A stretch of 64,000 nucleotides of DNA from Longimicrobiales bacterium (GTDB taxonomy: Bacteria > Gemmatimonadota > Gemmatimonadetes > Longimicrobiales > Gaopeijiaceae): the NCBI GenBank assembly GCA_965202805.1, contig OZ241869.1, positions 480,001 through 544,000 of the forward strand, written 5' to 3'. The translations under genes and the position numbers were made by a program. How positions within the stretch are numbered: the stretch's first letter is position 1; each line of letters opens with the position of its first letter. Below are positions 25,935-34,320 of this stretch, piece by piece. The notes under the pieces are model-generated. The model ran no database searches. It was not told the DNA's origin and saw only the letters and a program-made list of their open reading frames with translations.

Positions 25935-28306
25935 TGGAAATGCACACCAGCCGTGAGCGAACACGGATGTTCGATCTTCAACCTCACCCGCGGATCCTGC
26001 CGATGTTAGGTGAGATCAACATCCACCCTTGGCAGTGCATCGCCGAGTTGATCGACAATTCACTTGACGCGTTCATCGCTGCCAAAGCTGAATCTGGAAC
26101 TAGTGTTCCGGATGCCCAGATAGTCGTGTCGTTACCGACAAGGAATGTTCCTCACGCGTTAGTCACCGTCAAGGATAATGGGCCCGGCATGGATGCCGAG
26201 ACGTTGGAGAACGCGGTCAAGGCCGGGTGGACCAGCAACGATCCTATGGGGCATCTCGGGATGTTTGGAATGGGATTTAACATAGCCACGGCGCGCCTCG
26301 GAAAGGTGACGCGGGTTTGGAGCACTCGTCAATCAGACTTGGAGTGGCACGGATTAGAAATCGACTTCGACAAGCTCTCACAACAACGTCACTTTTTGAC
26401 TCCCGTACTGACCCGACATAAAGAGGATCCAGACGAACACGGAACAGAGGTCCGAATCGAGCGACTGAAGCCTAGCCAGCGAAAACTCCTCGCCACATCG
26501 GCAGGTCGCGCAAACATCAATCGGCGGCTTGAGCGTGTATACTCCTCCATGTTGAGACCTAACGGTGTGCCGCTCACCGTTAGAGTGCATGTGAACACGA
26601 AAAGGTTGGAAGGACATCGGCACTGCGTTTGGGGTGATCCTTCGAACTCGCCCGAACGTGCTGTGACTCACGGTCGATTCGGTACGATTGACGCTTTCCA
26701 GCATGTCGACACTCCGCCAACGGAGCGACCCTTTTGCACGAAGTGTTGGACATGGCTCGCGAACGAGGAAGACGCGTGTGTGACCTGTCAGAGCAGTGAT
26801 GCGGTGCGCATCTTGCAGCGCCGGATTCACGGTTGGATCGGGCTGCAGCGATACCTCGATCCGAACGACTACGGTATCGATTTCTTGCGTCACGGCCGAA
26901 AGATCGAAATCGGGAACCGAGACCTGTTCAAATGGCGGGATGACATCAAGGAGGAACTGGAGTATCCGATCGACGATCCCCGTAGTCGTGGGCGACTAGT
27001 TGGTGAGATCCACTTGGATCATTGCAGAGTTCATTACACGAAGGACCGGTTTGAGCGAAGTGATCCTGCTTGGCAGGAAATGGTCCGAGTTGTTCGTGGC
27101 GACGGTCCTCTCCGTCCTGACAAAGCCAAGAGCCTCGGATACCTTACCAACAGGTCACCGCTCTTTCTTCTATTCCAAGCCTTTCGCAGGTCAAAGCCGA
27201 AGAAGGATGCCGGATCTTATGCTCGCAACCTCGTTGTAGATAACAACGACTTGGCGATTGAGATGGCACGACGGTTTCGGGCGGGTGAGGCCGAGTACCA
27301 AAGCGACGCGAAGTGGTGGGAGTTGGTCCAGGAAAAGGACGCGGAACTCCTCTACAAGAAGGAATCTAGTCGCTCAACAAACGACATACTCTGGCAGAAG
27401 AAAGATCAGGTTGATGACAACTCGCAGGAGCCTGACCACAGCTCATCTGCTGACGATGTTACCGAGACGCCACGGCCTCTTCGCAACAGAATCCCATCCC
27501 TAAGCCGAGAATACCGGCATGACGATACCGAGCAACGCTGGCCGGTGGAAGCCTTCTCCGTGCACGCGAAGGATCCCGACCTCGGCGGAGGGATGTACCC
27601 TTGGAGACTTCGACAGATCTCTGCAGGTGAGTTTCAGTTTCTAATTCAGTCCGATCATCCTGTTTTCGCATCCGCAACGATGACGCTTTTGGATGCCCTT
27701 CTCGCCGAGCTATCCTGGTCCGCAATGGACTTCCTGCATGGACGTGAAACCACGGCTACATTCGGCTCTGTCCTCGCGGATCTGCGAGAACGTTACGCTC
27801 AGATAACCAAGTTGGATCCGGTCGATCTAGCTGCGGATGCGGCGCGAGTGCTCCGTGGCTTCTCGGCAAGCCTTGAAAACACCCTGTCGCCTGACGATGC
27901 GAAAGCGTTGTTTGACGAATTGGCACCTCGAGAACGGGAGTCGATCCTCACGAGACTCGCTCAGCTTGATGGATCGCAAGCGATTCATGCGATTCATAGT
28001 GGATCGTTCCTAAAATACGCTACGGGCGCCACCACACTTCGCTTTTTCGAAGAACATCCGGAACTGTTCTTCGACGGACAGCATTGGGACATTCAATACG
28101 ACGATCTCGATTTGCCGAGTCCCGCAGCCACCGAGACCGCCAAGAGAGAGCTCGTCCGTCGGTTCGTCTCGCTGCTTGCCGACGCCATTTGGCTGGCGGA
28201 GAGCAATCCTGAAGACTTAGAAGAGGCAGGCAGGCCGCGCTTGTTACGCGCTCACCTCGCCCTCGACCTCCTTGCGTTTGACGTAAGGAACGATCACGCC
28301 GAATGA
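25934..28306 (+). CDS. MORC-like GHKL ATPase with Zn-ribbon and long C-terminal region
   Basis: ELIDNSLDA, KDNGPGM, GMFGMGF, GTEV; CTKC...CVTC; S5-like GEIHLDHCRVHYTKDRF; start overlaps the dcm stop. Confidence 0.85.
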   Translation: MEMHTSRERTRMFDLQPHPRILPMLGEINIHPWQCIAELIDNSLDAFIAAKAESGTSVPDAQIVVSLPTRNVPHALVTVKDNGPGMDAETLENAVKAGWTSNDPMGHLGMFGMGFNIATARLGKVTRVWSTRQSDLEWHGLEIDFDKLSQQRHFLTPVLTRHKEDPDEHGTEVRIERLKPSQRKLLATSAGRANINRRLERVYSSMLRPNGVPLTVRVHVNTKRLEGHRHCVWGDPSNSPERAVTHGRFGTIDAFQHVDTPPTERPFCTKCWTWLANEEDACVTCQSSDAVRILQRRIHGWIGLQRYLDPNDYGIDFLRHGRKIEIGNRDLFKWRDDIKEELEYPIDDPRSRGRLVGEIHLDHCRVHYTKDRFERSDPAWQEMVRVVRGDGPLRPDKAKSLGYLTNRSPLFLLFQAFRRSKPKKDAGSYARNLVVDNNDLAIEMARRFRAGEAEYQSDAKWWELVQEKDAELLYKKESSRSTNDILWQKKDQVDDNSQEPDHSSSADDVTETPRPLRNRIPSLSREYRHDDTEQRWPVEAFSVHAKDPDLGGGMYPWRLRQISAGEFQFLIQSDHPVFASATMTLLDALLAELSWSAMDFLHGRETTATFGSVLADLRERYAQITKLDPVDLAADAARVLRGFSASLENTLSPDDAKALFDELAPRERESILTRLAQLDGSQAIHAIHSGSFLKYATGATTLRFFEEHPELFFDGQHWDIQYDDLDLPSPAATETAKRELVRRFVSLLADAIWLAESNPEDLEEAGRPRLLRAHLALDLLAFDVRNDHAE

Positions 28307-30000
28307 CTATAGGCGTGAGGGGCGACGCTGGCTTCCTCGACGATCGTCGCCTGTTGCATGGCCCCTGGCAAGCCTTCGAACGTGACACGGCTCGGCTGTT
28401 TTTGGCGAACGGGTTTGACGACGTTCGCCTGATCGGTGGACCCGGTGAACAGGGTGCAGACGTGCTTTGCGTTCGCGACTCGAAACTCTGGGTCGTGCAA
28501 TGCAAGTGGACTGGGCAGTACGGTCCTCCGAAGACCGCCATCGACCAAATCGTTCGAGCTGGGCGCTCCTACGAAGCAGATCACCTCGTTGTCGCGGTGT
28601 CTCGGCATCCTAAGGAATCGTTCAGACAAGAACGCGCTCGTTACCAGCGACGCGGCCTCAGAATCGATGTCGCTACCCCTACCGTTCTTAGGGATCTCTT
28701 GGTCCGAACACCGGAATACCCACCCTCGCGGCGCAACCTCCGTGATTATCAAGAGGATGCTTCCACCCGGTTACGCGAAGCCCTCATCGACACGGGCCGC
28801 GGGCAGGTTGTGATGGCGACCGGGCTTGGCAAGACCGTGGTTATGGCCGAACTCGTCGCGGATCTCCTTCGCGATGATCGGATTCCAGCCCGCCAGGTTC
28901 TGGTACTGGCTCATACTCGAGCACTGGTCGATCAGCTACACCAGAGCTTTTGGCATCAACTCCCGAGATGGATCCCTACGCATCAACTTGCCGGCAACGA
29001 GATGCCTACGTATTGGGAAGGTATCACTTTCGCCACGATTCAACGGGTAGGCACTTGTGTCGGCAACCTACCGGCATTTGGACTTATTCTCGTTGACGAG
29101 GCACACCACATCGGCGCAGCCACTTTTCGGTCCGTTATCGACGCCCTGCAGCCCAGCATGTTGGGAGGAGTTACGGCCACACCATGGCGAGGTGACGGCT
29201 TCGAAATCGACAGCCTACTGGGGCCGCCACTCGTCCAGATCGGCATTGCGGAGGGTCTCCGGCGCGGCTTCCTCTCCGAGGTGGACTACCGGATGTTTGG
29301 GGACAACTTGGACTGGACGTTAATACAGCGCATGTCGCGTTACAACTATTCACTGTCTCAGTTGAATAAGAAACTGATCCTTCCTACACGTGACGCGGAA
29401 GCCGCGCAGATCATTAGAGATGTTTTTGCTTCGGAACGACGTCGAAATGGAATCGTTTATAGTCCGTCGATCGAACATGCGAACGCATTTGCAGCGTCGT
29501 TGCGTCAGTACGGCATGAGGGCCGAGGCTGTGTCATCGCGGATGAACGCGCGTGACCGCGACGCGCTCATGGCTTCGTTCCGCGCTGGCCGTCTGGATGT
29601 CGTTACTACTGTGGATCTCTTCAACGAGGGCGTCGATGTTCCGGATGTGGATCTCATCGTATTCATGCGAGTGACGCACAGTAGGAGGATATTTGTACAG
29701 CAGCTCGGAAGAGGACTGCGAGTCAGTCCTGGGAAAGATCGGGTGATCGTCTTGGACTTTGTGTCTGATCTGAGAAGGATCGCTGAAGTGGTCCGCCTAG
29801 ACCGCGATGTTCGCCAAGGCAATGTAGAGCAGCTTGGGCTGGGTGGCCACCTCGTCCAGTTCAGTGATAGATCGGCAGGCGACTTTCTGGTGGAGTGGAC
29901 GCTAGATCAGGCAGACCTGTTCTCGCGTGAAGGAGAATCTCATCTAGACTTGCCGCAGTTTCAATTCCCGGCACCGAAAGGTCCTGGAAGTGTTCAGTGA
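28303..30000 (+). CDS. Mrr-like restriction endonuclease fused to an SF2 (Res/DEAH) helicase
   Basis: AFE..ARL...GF.DV...GEQGADV...VVQCK; ATGLGKT, DEAHH, TATP, LFNEGVDVP, QQLGRGLR; ATGA overlap. Confidence 0.9.
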   Translation: MTIGVRGDAGFLDDRRLLHGPWQAFERDTARLFLANGFDDVRLIGGPGEQGADVLCVRDSKLWVVQCKWTGQYGPPKTAIDQIVRAGRSYEADHLVVAVSRHPKESFRQERARYQRRGLRIDVATPTVLRDLLVRTPEYPPSRRNLRDYQEDASTRLREALIDTGRGQVVMATGLGKTVVMAELVADLLRDDRIPARQVLVLAHTRALVDQLHQSFWHQLPRWIPTHQLAGNEMPTYWEGITFATIQRVGTCVGNLPAFGLILVDEAHHIGAATFRSVIDALQPSMLGGVTATPWRGDGFEIDSLLGPPLVQIGIAEGLRRGFLSEVDYRMFGDNLDWTLIQRMSRYNYSLSQLNKKLILPTRDAEAAQIIRDVFASERRRNGIVYSPSIEHANAFAASLRQYGMRAEAVSSRMNARDRDALMASFRAGRLDVVTTVDLFNEGVDVPDVDLIVFMRVTHSRRIFVQQLGRGLRVSPGKDRVIVLDFVSDLRRIAEVVRLDRDVRQGNVEQLGLGGHLVQFSDRSAGDFLVEWTLDQADLFSREGESHLDLPQFQFPAPKGPGSVQ

Positions 30001-30027
30001 CTCGATGATGAGCCAGGTACCGGGTCA

Positions 30028-30468
30028 ATGACAGAGGAGTCCCGGCGAGATCCGCTCACGCCGCAGCAACGTTCGTCATTGATGAGGCGCATTCGCAGTA
30101 AGGATAACCGCTCGACAGAAAGGCTGGTGGAAGACACACTCAGGCGCCGCAGCATCGGCGGCTGGACGAAGCATGCTAAGGAGTTGCCGGGGACGCCCGA
30201 CTTCTATTTTCCTGACTGCAAGCTCGCGGTGTTTGTGCATGGCTGCTTCTGGCATGTATGCCCAAAGTGCAAGAGAAAGACGCCGCAGAGTAGAAGGAGT
30301 TTCTGGACTCGCAAGCTTGACGAGAATCGACGACGTGACCAAAGAGTTCGCCGAAGACTGTGGAGAGACGGGTACCACGTTATCCGGGTGTGGGAACATG
30401 ATTTGAAGGGAGACACTTGGATCCGACGGCTGGAGTCCAAATTGGAGAAGCTTAGGGCGATGGACTGA
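30028..30468 (+). CDS. vsr: Very short patch repair endonuclease
   Basis: RSSLMRRIRSK, LPGTPDF, FVHGCFWH, FW..KL..N..RD, IRVWEH. Confidence 0.95.
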   Translation: MTEESRRDPLTPQQRSSLMRRIRSKDNRSTERLVEDTLRRRSIGGWTKHAKELPGTPDFYFPDCKLAVFVHGCFWHVCPKCKRKTPQSRRSFWTRKLDENRRRDQRVRRRLWRDGYHVIRVWEHDLKGDTWIRRLESKLEKLRAMD

Positions 30469-30483
30469 GTCCTCGTTATCCAG

Positions 30484-31053
30484 TCACCCCTTTAGCGGTC
30501 GGCAGAGAAACCGCACCCGAACCGCGTCGCGCCGCCGATCGAGAAGGCGATCCTGGCCCACGCCCTCAAACACCTGACCCACGGCGCCCAGCGGGTGGCC
30601 AACGAGCTGATGCTCAGAGGGCTCCAGGTCAGTTCGGGTGGGGTGCGGGGCGAGTACTGCGGCCGGCCGGACAAGCACCCCTACGACCTTTTCCTGCAGC
30701 TGGAGGAACATCGAGCACCGCACCACGAAGGTGGGGAGGCCCCAGTCCAACGGCTTTATCGAGCGCTTCCACCGCACGCTCCTCGAAGAGCATCTCCGGA
30801 TCAAGGGACGGACCACCTGGTACGAGACCGTCGAGGAGACGCAGAAAGACCTGGACGTGTATCTTGAGATCTACAACCCGACGGCGCCCGCACCAGGGCC
30901 GCGGCATGAAGGGACGGACGCCCTACGCGGTCTTCAAGGCCGGGATCGCCCGGAAGCGCACTCGCAAACCCTCGGCCGGCAAGGAGGTGAAGAAAGCAGC
31001 GTAGGACCTGACCTCGGTGAGGCCGGGTGTCAGGTGATTACCGTATTTGTACA
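30484..31053 (+). mobile_element. IS481-family internally deleted remnant with intact right end
   Basis: EYCGRPDKHPY.LFLQLE, PQSNGFIERFHRTLLEEH; ends TGTCAGGTGATTACCGTATTTGTACA. Confidence 0.85.
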
Positions 31054-31072
31054 ACCCGGCGATTTGCATTCT

Positions 31073-34000
31073 TCAAGGTCTCGGAAACAACGGTCGCCAT
31101 CTCCCTTTCGTTCCTTCACTCCATAAGATCGGCAGACTGTTGTTCGGGCAGGTATTCTCGAACACCACGAGCGCCTGGCAGTTTCCATAACCCAGCGGAC
31201 TCCGCTTCACCAGGTCCTTTCCATATTGCCCCGCGATCTCCTTCGCCCGCGCTCGCCTCGCTTCGTCTTGGATGACTGCCGACATATCGGAAAAGCACTT
31301 GTCAGATTCATCAAGAGGTTCAGCAACCGTCACCCGAAGGTCGCTTGCCACCGACCTCAAATTCTTCTCCAAGCGCTCTGCAGCCCTTTTGAAGCCAGAT
31401 ATGAACACAACAAATACACAAATCTCCGCCTTCTCAAGAGAATCGGTAATCTCTTCCAAAATCTCCTTCAATTCCCGTTGCGCCGTCCGTCCAGTACCGA
31501 TAAAGTCGTCAACAAACACTATTCCCTTTACGTCCGAAAATTCCTCGATTTTCGCGTTCAAGTGATCAGGCCGCACAATTCGATTAGAATAAACCTGATT
31601 CTCGTCTGCATAATGCTTGGCATAGGTCGGACCTCTCTTGCCGTGGCTTCCAAAGAAACTGATGACAATGTTGTACGTCTCTCTGCGCTGACGCCGCTCC
31701 CGTCCCTTACGCACCACACCGCGGGCTGCAAGTTCAGCCACAACAGATCGATGCCTGTCTCGCAACTTTTCTCTTATCACCGCCCCGGAATAGAATCGCA
31801 ACTCCATGAGTAAATCGAACATTGACCGTTGCTCTTCTACTGTGGCAAATTGATCCAGCCACGCTCTTAGATTGTTGTCAGTGATCGACTTTCCGCGATA
31901 GCTTCCCCAATTGTCCACCAACTCGCTGATCTCCCTCGCCTTGACGCGCATTCCCTCCTCGCGCTCCTTGCCCTCCCGAAGTGCTTCCTCCTCAACCAAC
32001 GTCAAGCTCAGTTCTCCTACACCCTCGTCAACAAGCCATCGTTGAAAGAGGCGTACTTTGCACTCATATTGACTCTCTATTTTTACCAGTACTTTCCGTT
32101 TTTCGAATTCCGCTAGTATCCGTTCGACGTCAGATTCCCCCATTCCAAATCGCGACACTCTCTCGGTGACGTTGTCCAAAGTACTGCTCTGCTTGGACCT
32201 GAGGACCTCGCCAAGCGCTAGCAACACTCGGCGTCGGGCAGCCCTCTCTTCGGCAACTTTCTCGTCAGTCGGCGCGATTACGCCGTCGTCCCAGAAATGC
32301 TGAAAGCTGTTGATGCCCACTGCTTCGACCGCCATACCGATCGCTTGATCCATCTCAACGCGGGTAACATCCGCATCTTTGCGCCGCTTCATATCCTCTA
32401 CAAGCTCCGCACAAACGACCTTCGTAAAGTATGGGTTCCCTGCAGTATTGTCGTAGAGTTTCGCAACAGCCTCTTCCGAAATCGTAGCCCACTTGTTCCA
32501 CTTGTTTAGTGGCCTTCGGACCAAGTCGACGAAATCCGACCACTGCGACTCGCGATCCAAATAGTCAAGCCGCAGCAGCGAGAACTTGTTGAGTCTCCCT
32601 CCATGCGTACTCAGTATTTCGGCCATCCTCTCGCCACCGACCAAGATGAAGCCGAGAGATGCTTTGGCACTCAGCGACCTCAGGGTCACAAAAAAACTGC
32701 GGCTCATATCGCCGCGGCGGTAGAGTTGGGTCGGAAGTTCGTCAAACTCATCGAGGACCACAACCAATCGGAGATCGGGATCTCGCTGGCGTGCCGCGTT
32801 CAAGAAGTGATCCAGCGGCGCGAGCGTGCCCCGAAACTCCGGCACGGACAACCCCTGTAGTTTCGGATTGCCATAAATGAGGCGTGTACAGATCTCGTTT
32901 CCAAGGTTACGAATAGTTTGTGTGGCATCGGGGACCACGAACAATCCAGCTTCCAGGGTGAGCAGTGTCACTCCCGCCATTTTGGGCAAGTCGGCCAACG
33001 TGACGACGACAGATGTCTTGCCGACCCGTCTCTGGCCGTAGACAAAGAACGACCCGACGCTGGGAGCAGTCAGTTTTGACACCAGCCGGGCAGTCTGTTC
33101 GGCACGGCCAATCAGATCGTCGGGCTCGCTCACGGGTTCAAGGCTGTAAGGCTGAGCATCGAGGCTCTCCCATGGGATATCGGCCGGTTGGGTGGGAAGC
33201 TCGATGAGCGCGTCCATATCCCCGTCCGTTCCGTCGCCGTTTTTCCACGTTAGCTTGTACTGCGCGAAGACAGAATCTTCCGGGGGCTTGCACACTCTGG
33301 CCGGAAATTCGACCGGCCCAAAAAACTGACCGGACTCGACATGGTCGAGGAATTGGGATGGTGACGGCAGCGAAAAGCAGTCGGCCGGTTTGATCGACAA
33401 TTCGACATCAAACGCAGGTCCTGGGCCTTTGTTCTCCACGACAAAGGCCAGTCGTATGTCTGCATCGACATTGACAAAAGGATACCTCTTACGGACGTCT
33501 TGCAAGACGAGCCGGCCGGGGCGATTCGCGGGACTGGCCTCGAAATGCGTCGTGACCTGGCGCTTCAGTTGATTGAAGAACGGTCGAAAGAATTGGGTGA
33601 CGTAAAAGGTGTCGTGTCGCGCACAGTCTTCGAGTACGCAGGTGAGGCTGGCTCTCGCGTCGTTGTGGGCCTGCATCGCGGATCGAGAGTGTGCCGACAT
33701 GTAATTGCCCACTCGCTTTAGGATTGCAGCGAGCTCTTGCTTTGACAGAAATTTCGGTAGGAACGGTTTGACGATCGCTCCGAACAGCAGTTGGCTGTAG
33801 AGCCGCATAATACGCTGACGGACCTGCTCGAAGTCGGCGAGAGATTCAGGGGGAGTCAGGGCCTTGGCAAGCATGACGTGAGCCTCTTCCGCAGCCCGCT
33901 CGTGTGCTTGCAGCTGTTCGTAACCCTGAAGTCCGCGGTCAATCTTTAATGCCTTGGCGACGTGGGGTAGCTTGCGGAATAGCTTTCGGACTGCCAGCTG

Positions 34001-34285
34001 TTGGTCAGAAGGTAGGTCGTAGACTTGCTTCGGCTGTGCGGAAAAGAGGCGAAGGAATACTGCGGCGAAAAACCGCTGATCGGCATTGGACTGGGTGTGT
34101 GACAGGACCTCTTTGAGAACTTCCGCATCGCTCGCCTGACCAGCGTCTCGACCCTGATGCGCAAGCATGGCTCGACAAAGCTGGCTGAATCGGTCCCGTC
34201 GACTTGACGCCGATACCAAGAGGAGGTGGTCGATCCGGCGACATGCGCGGGCCTGTCGACTAAGGTCCGACTGGCTAGGCATCAT
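31073..34285 (-). CDS. Large STAND-like ATPase with C-terminal phosphoribosyltransferase-like (PRTase-CE-type) domain, ~1070 aa
   Basis: YGQRRVGKTS, VVLDEFDE, TAGNPYF; IVFVDDFIGTGRTA and LGYG...VVFENTCPNNSLPILW; visibly lower GC than the cox genes; start estimated. Confidence 0.8.
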   Translation of the reverse strand: MMPSQSDLSRQARACRRIDHLLLVSASSRRDRFSQLCRAMLAHQGRDAGQASDAEVLKEVLSHTQSNADQRFFAAVFLRLFSAQPKQVYDLPSDQQLAVRKLFRKLPHVAKALKIDRGLQGYEQLQAHERAAEEAHVMLAKALTPPESLADFEQVRQRIMRLYSQLLFGAIVKPFLPKFLSKQELAAILKRVGNYMSAHSRSAMQAHNDARASLTCVLEDCARHDTFYVTQFFRPFFNQLKRQVTTHFEASPANRPGRLVLQDVRKRYPFVNVDADIRLAFVVENKGPGPAFDVELSIKPADCFSLPSPSQFLDHVESGQFFGPVEFPARVCKPPEDSVFAQYKLTWKNGDGTDGDMDALIELPTQPADIPWESLDAQPYSLEPVSEPDDLIGRAEQTARLVSKLTAPSVGSFFVYGQRRVGKTSVVVTLADLPKMAGVTLLTLEAGLFVVPDATQTIRNLGNEICTRLIYGNPKLQGLSVPEFRGTLAPLDHFLNAARQRDPDLRLVVVLDEFDELPTQLYRRGDMSRSFFVTLRSLSAKASLGFILVGGERMAEILSTHGGRLNKFSLLRLDYLDRESQWSDFVDLVRRPLNKWNKWATISEEAVAKLYDNTAGNPYFTKVVCAELVEDMKRRKDADVTRVEMDQAIGMAVEAVGINSFQHFWDDGVIAPTDEKVAEERAARRRVLLALGEVLRSKQSSTLDNVTERVSRFGMGESDVERILAEFEKRKVLVKIESQYECKVRLFQRWLVDEGVGELSLTLVEEEALREGKEREEGMRVKAREISELVDNWGSYRGKSITDNNLRAWLDQFATVEEQRSMFDLLMELRFYSGAVIREKLRDRHRSVVAELAARGVVRKGRERRQRRETYNIVISFFGSHGKRGPTYAKHYADENQVYSNRIVRPDHLNAKIEEFSDVKGIVFVDDFIGTGRTAQRELKEILEEITDSLEKAEICVFVVFISGFKRAAERLEKNLRSVASDLRVTVAEPLDESDKCFSDMSAVIQDEARRARAKEIAGQYGKDLVKRSPLGYGNCQALVVFENTCPNNSLPILWSEGTKGRWRPLFPRP

Positions 34286-34320
34286 ACTCGAGCTATCCGG
34301 TATCGGTGACTCACCCCCCC

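Noticed and set aside
24702..30468. DISARM class II or BREX assignment
   Set aside because: No DUF1998, PLD, PglZ or BrxC-like genes; only a methylase and a helicase are shared
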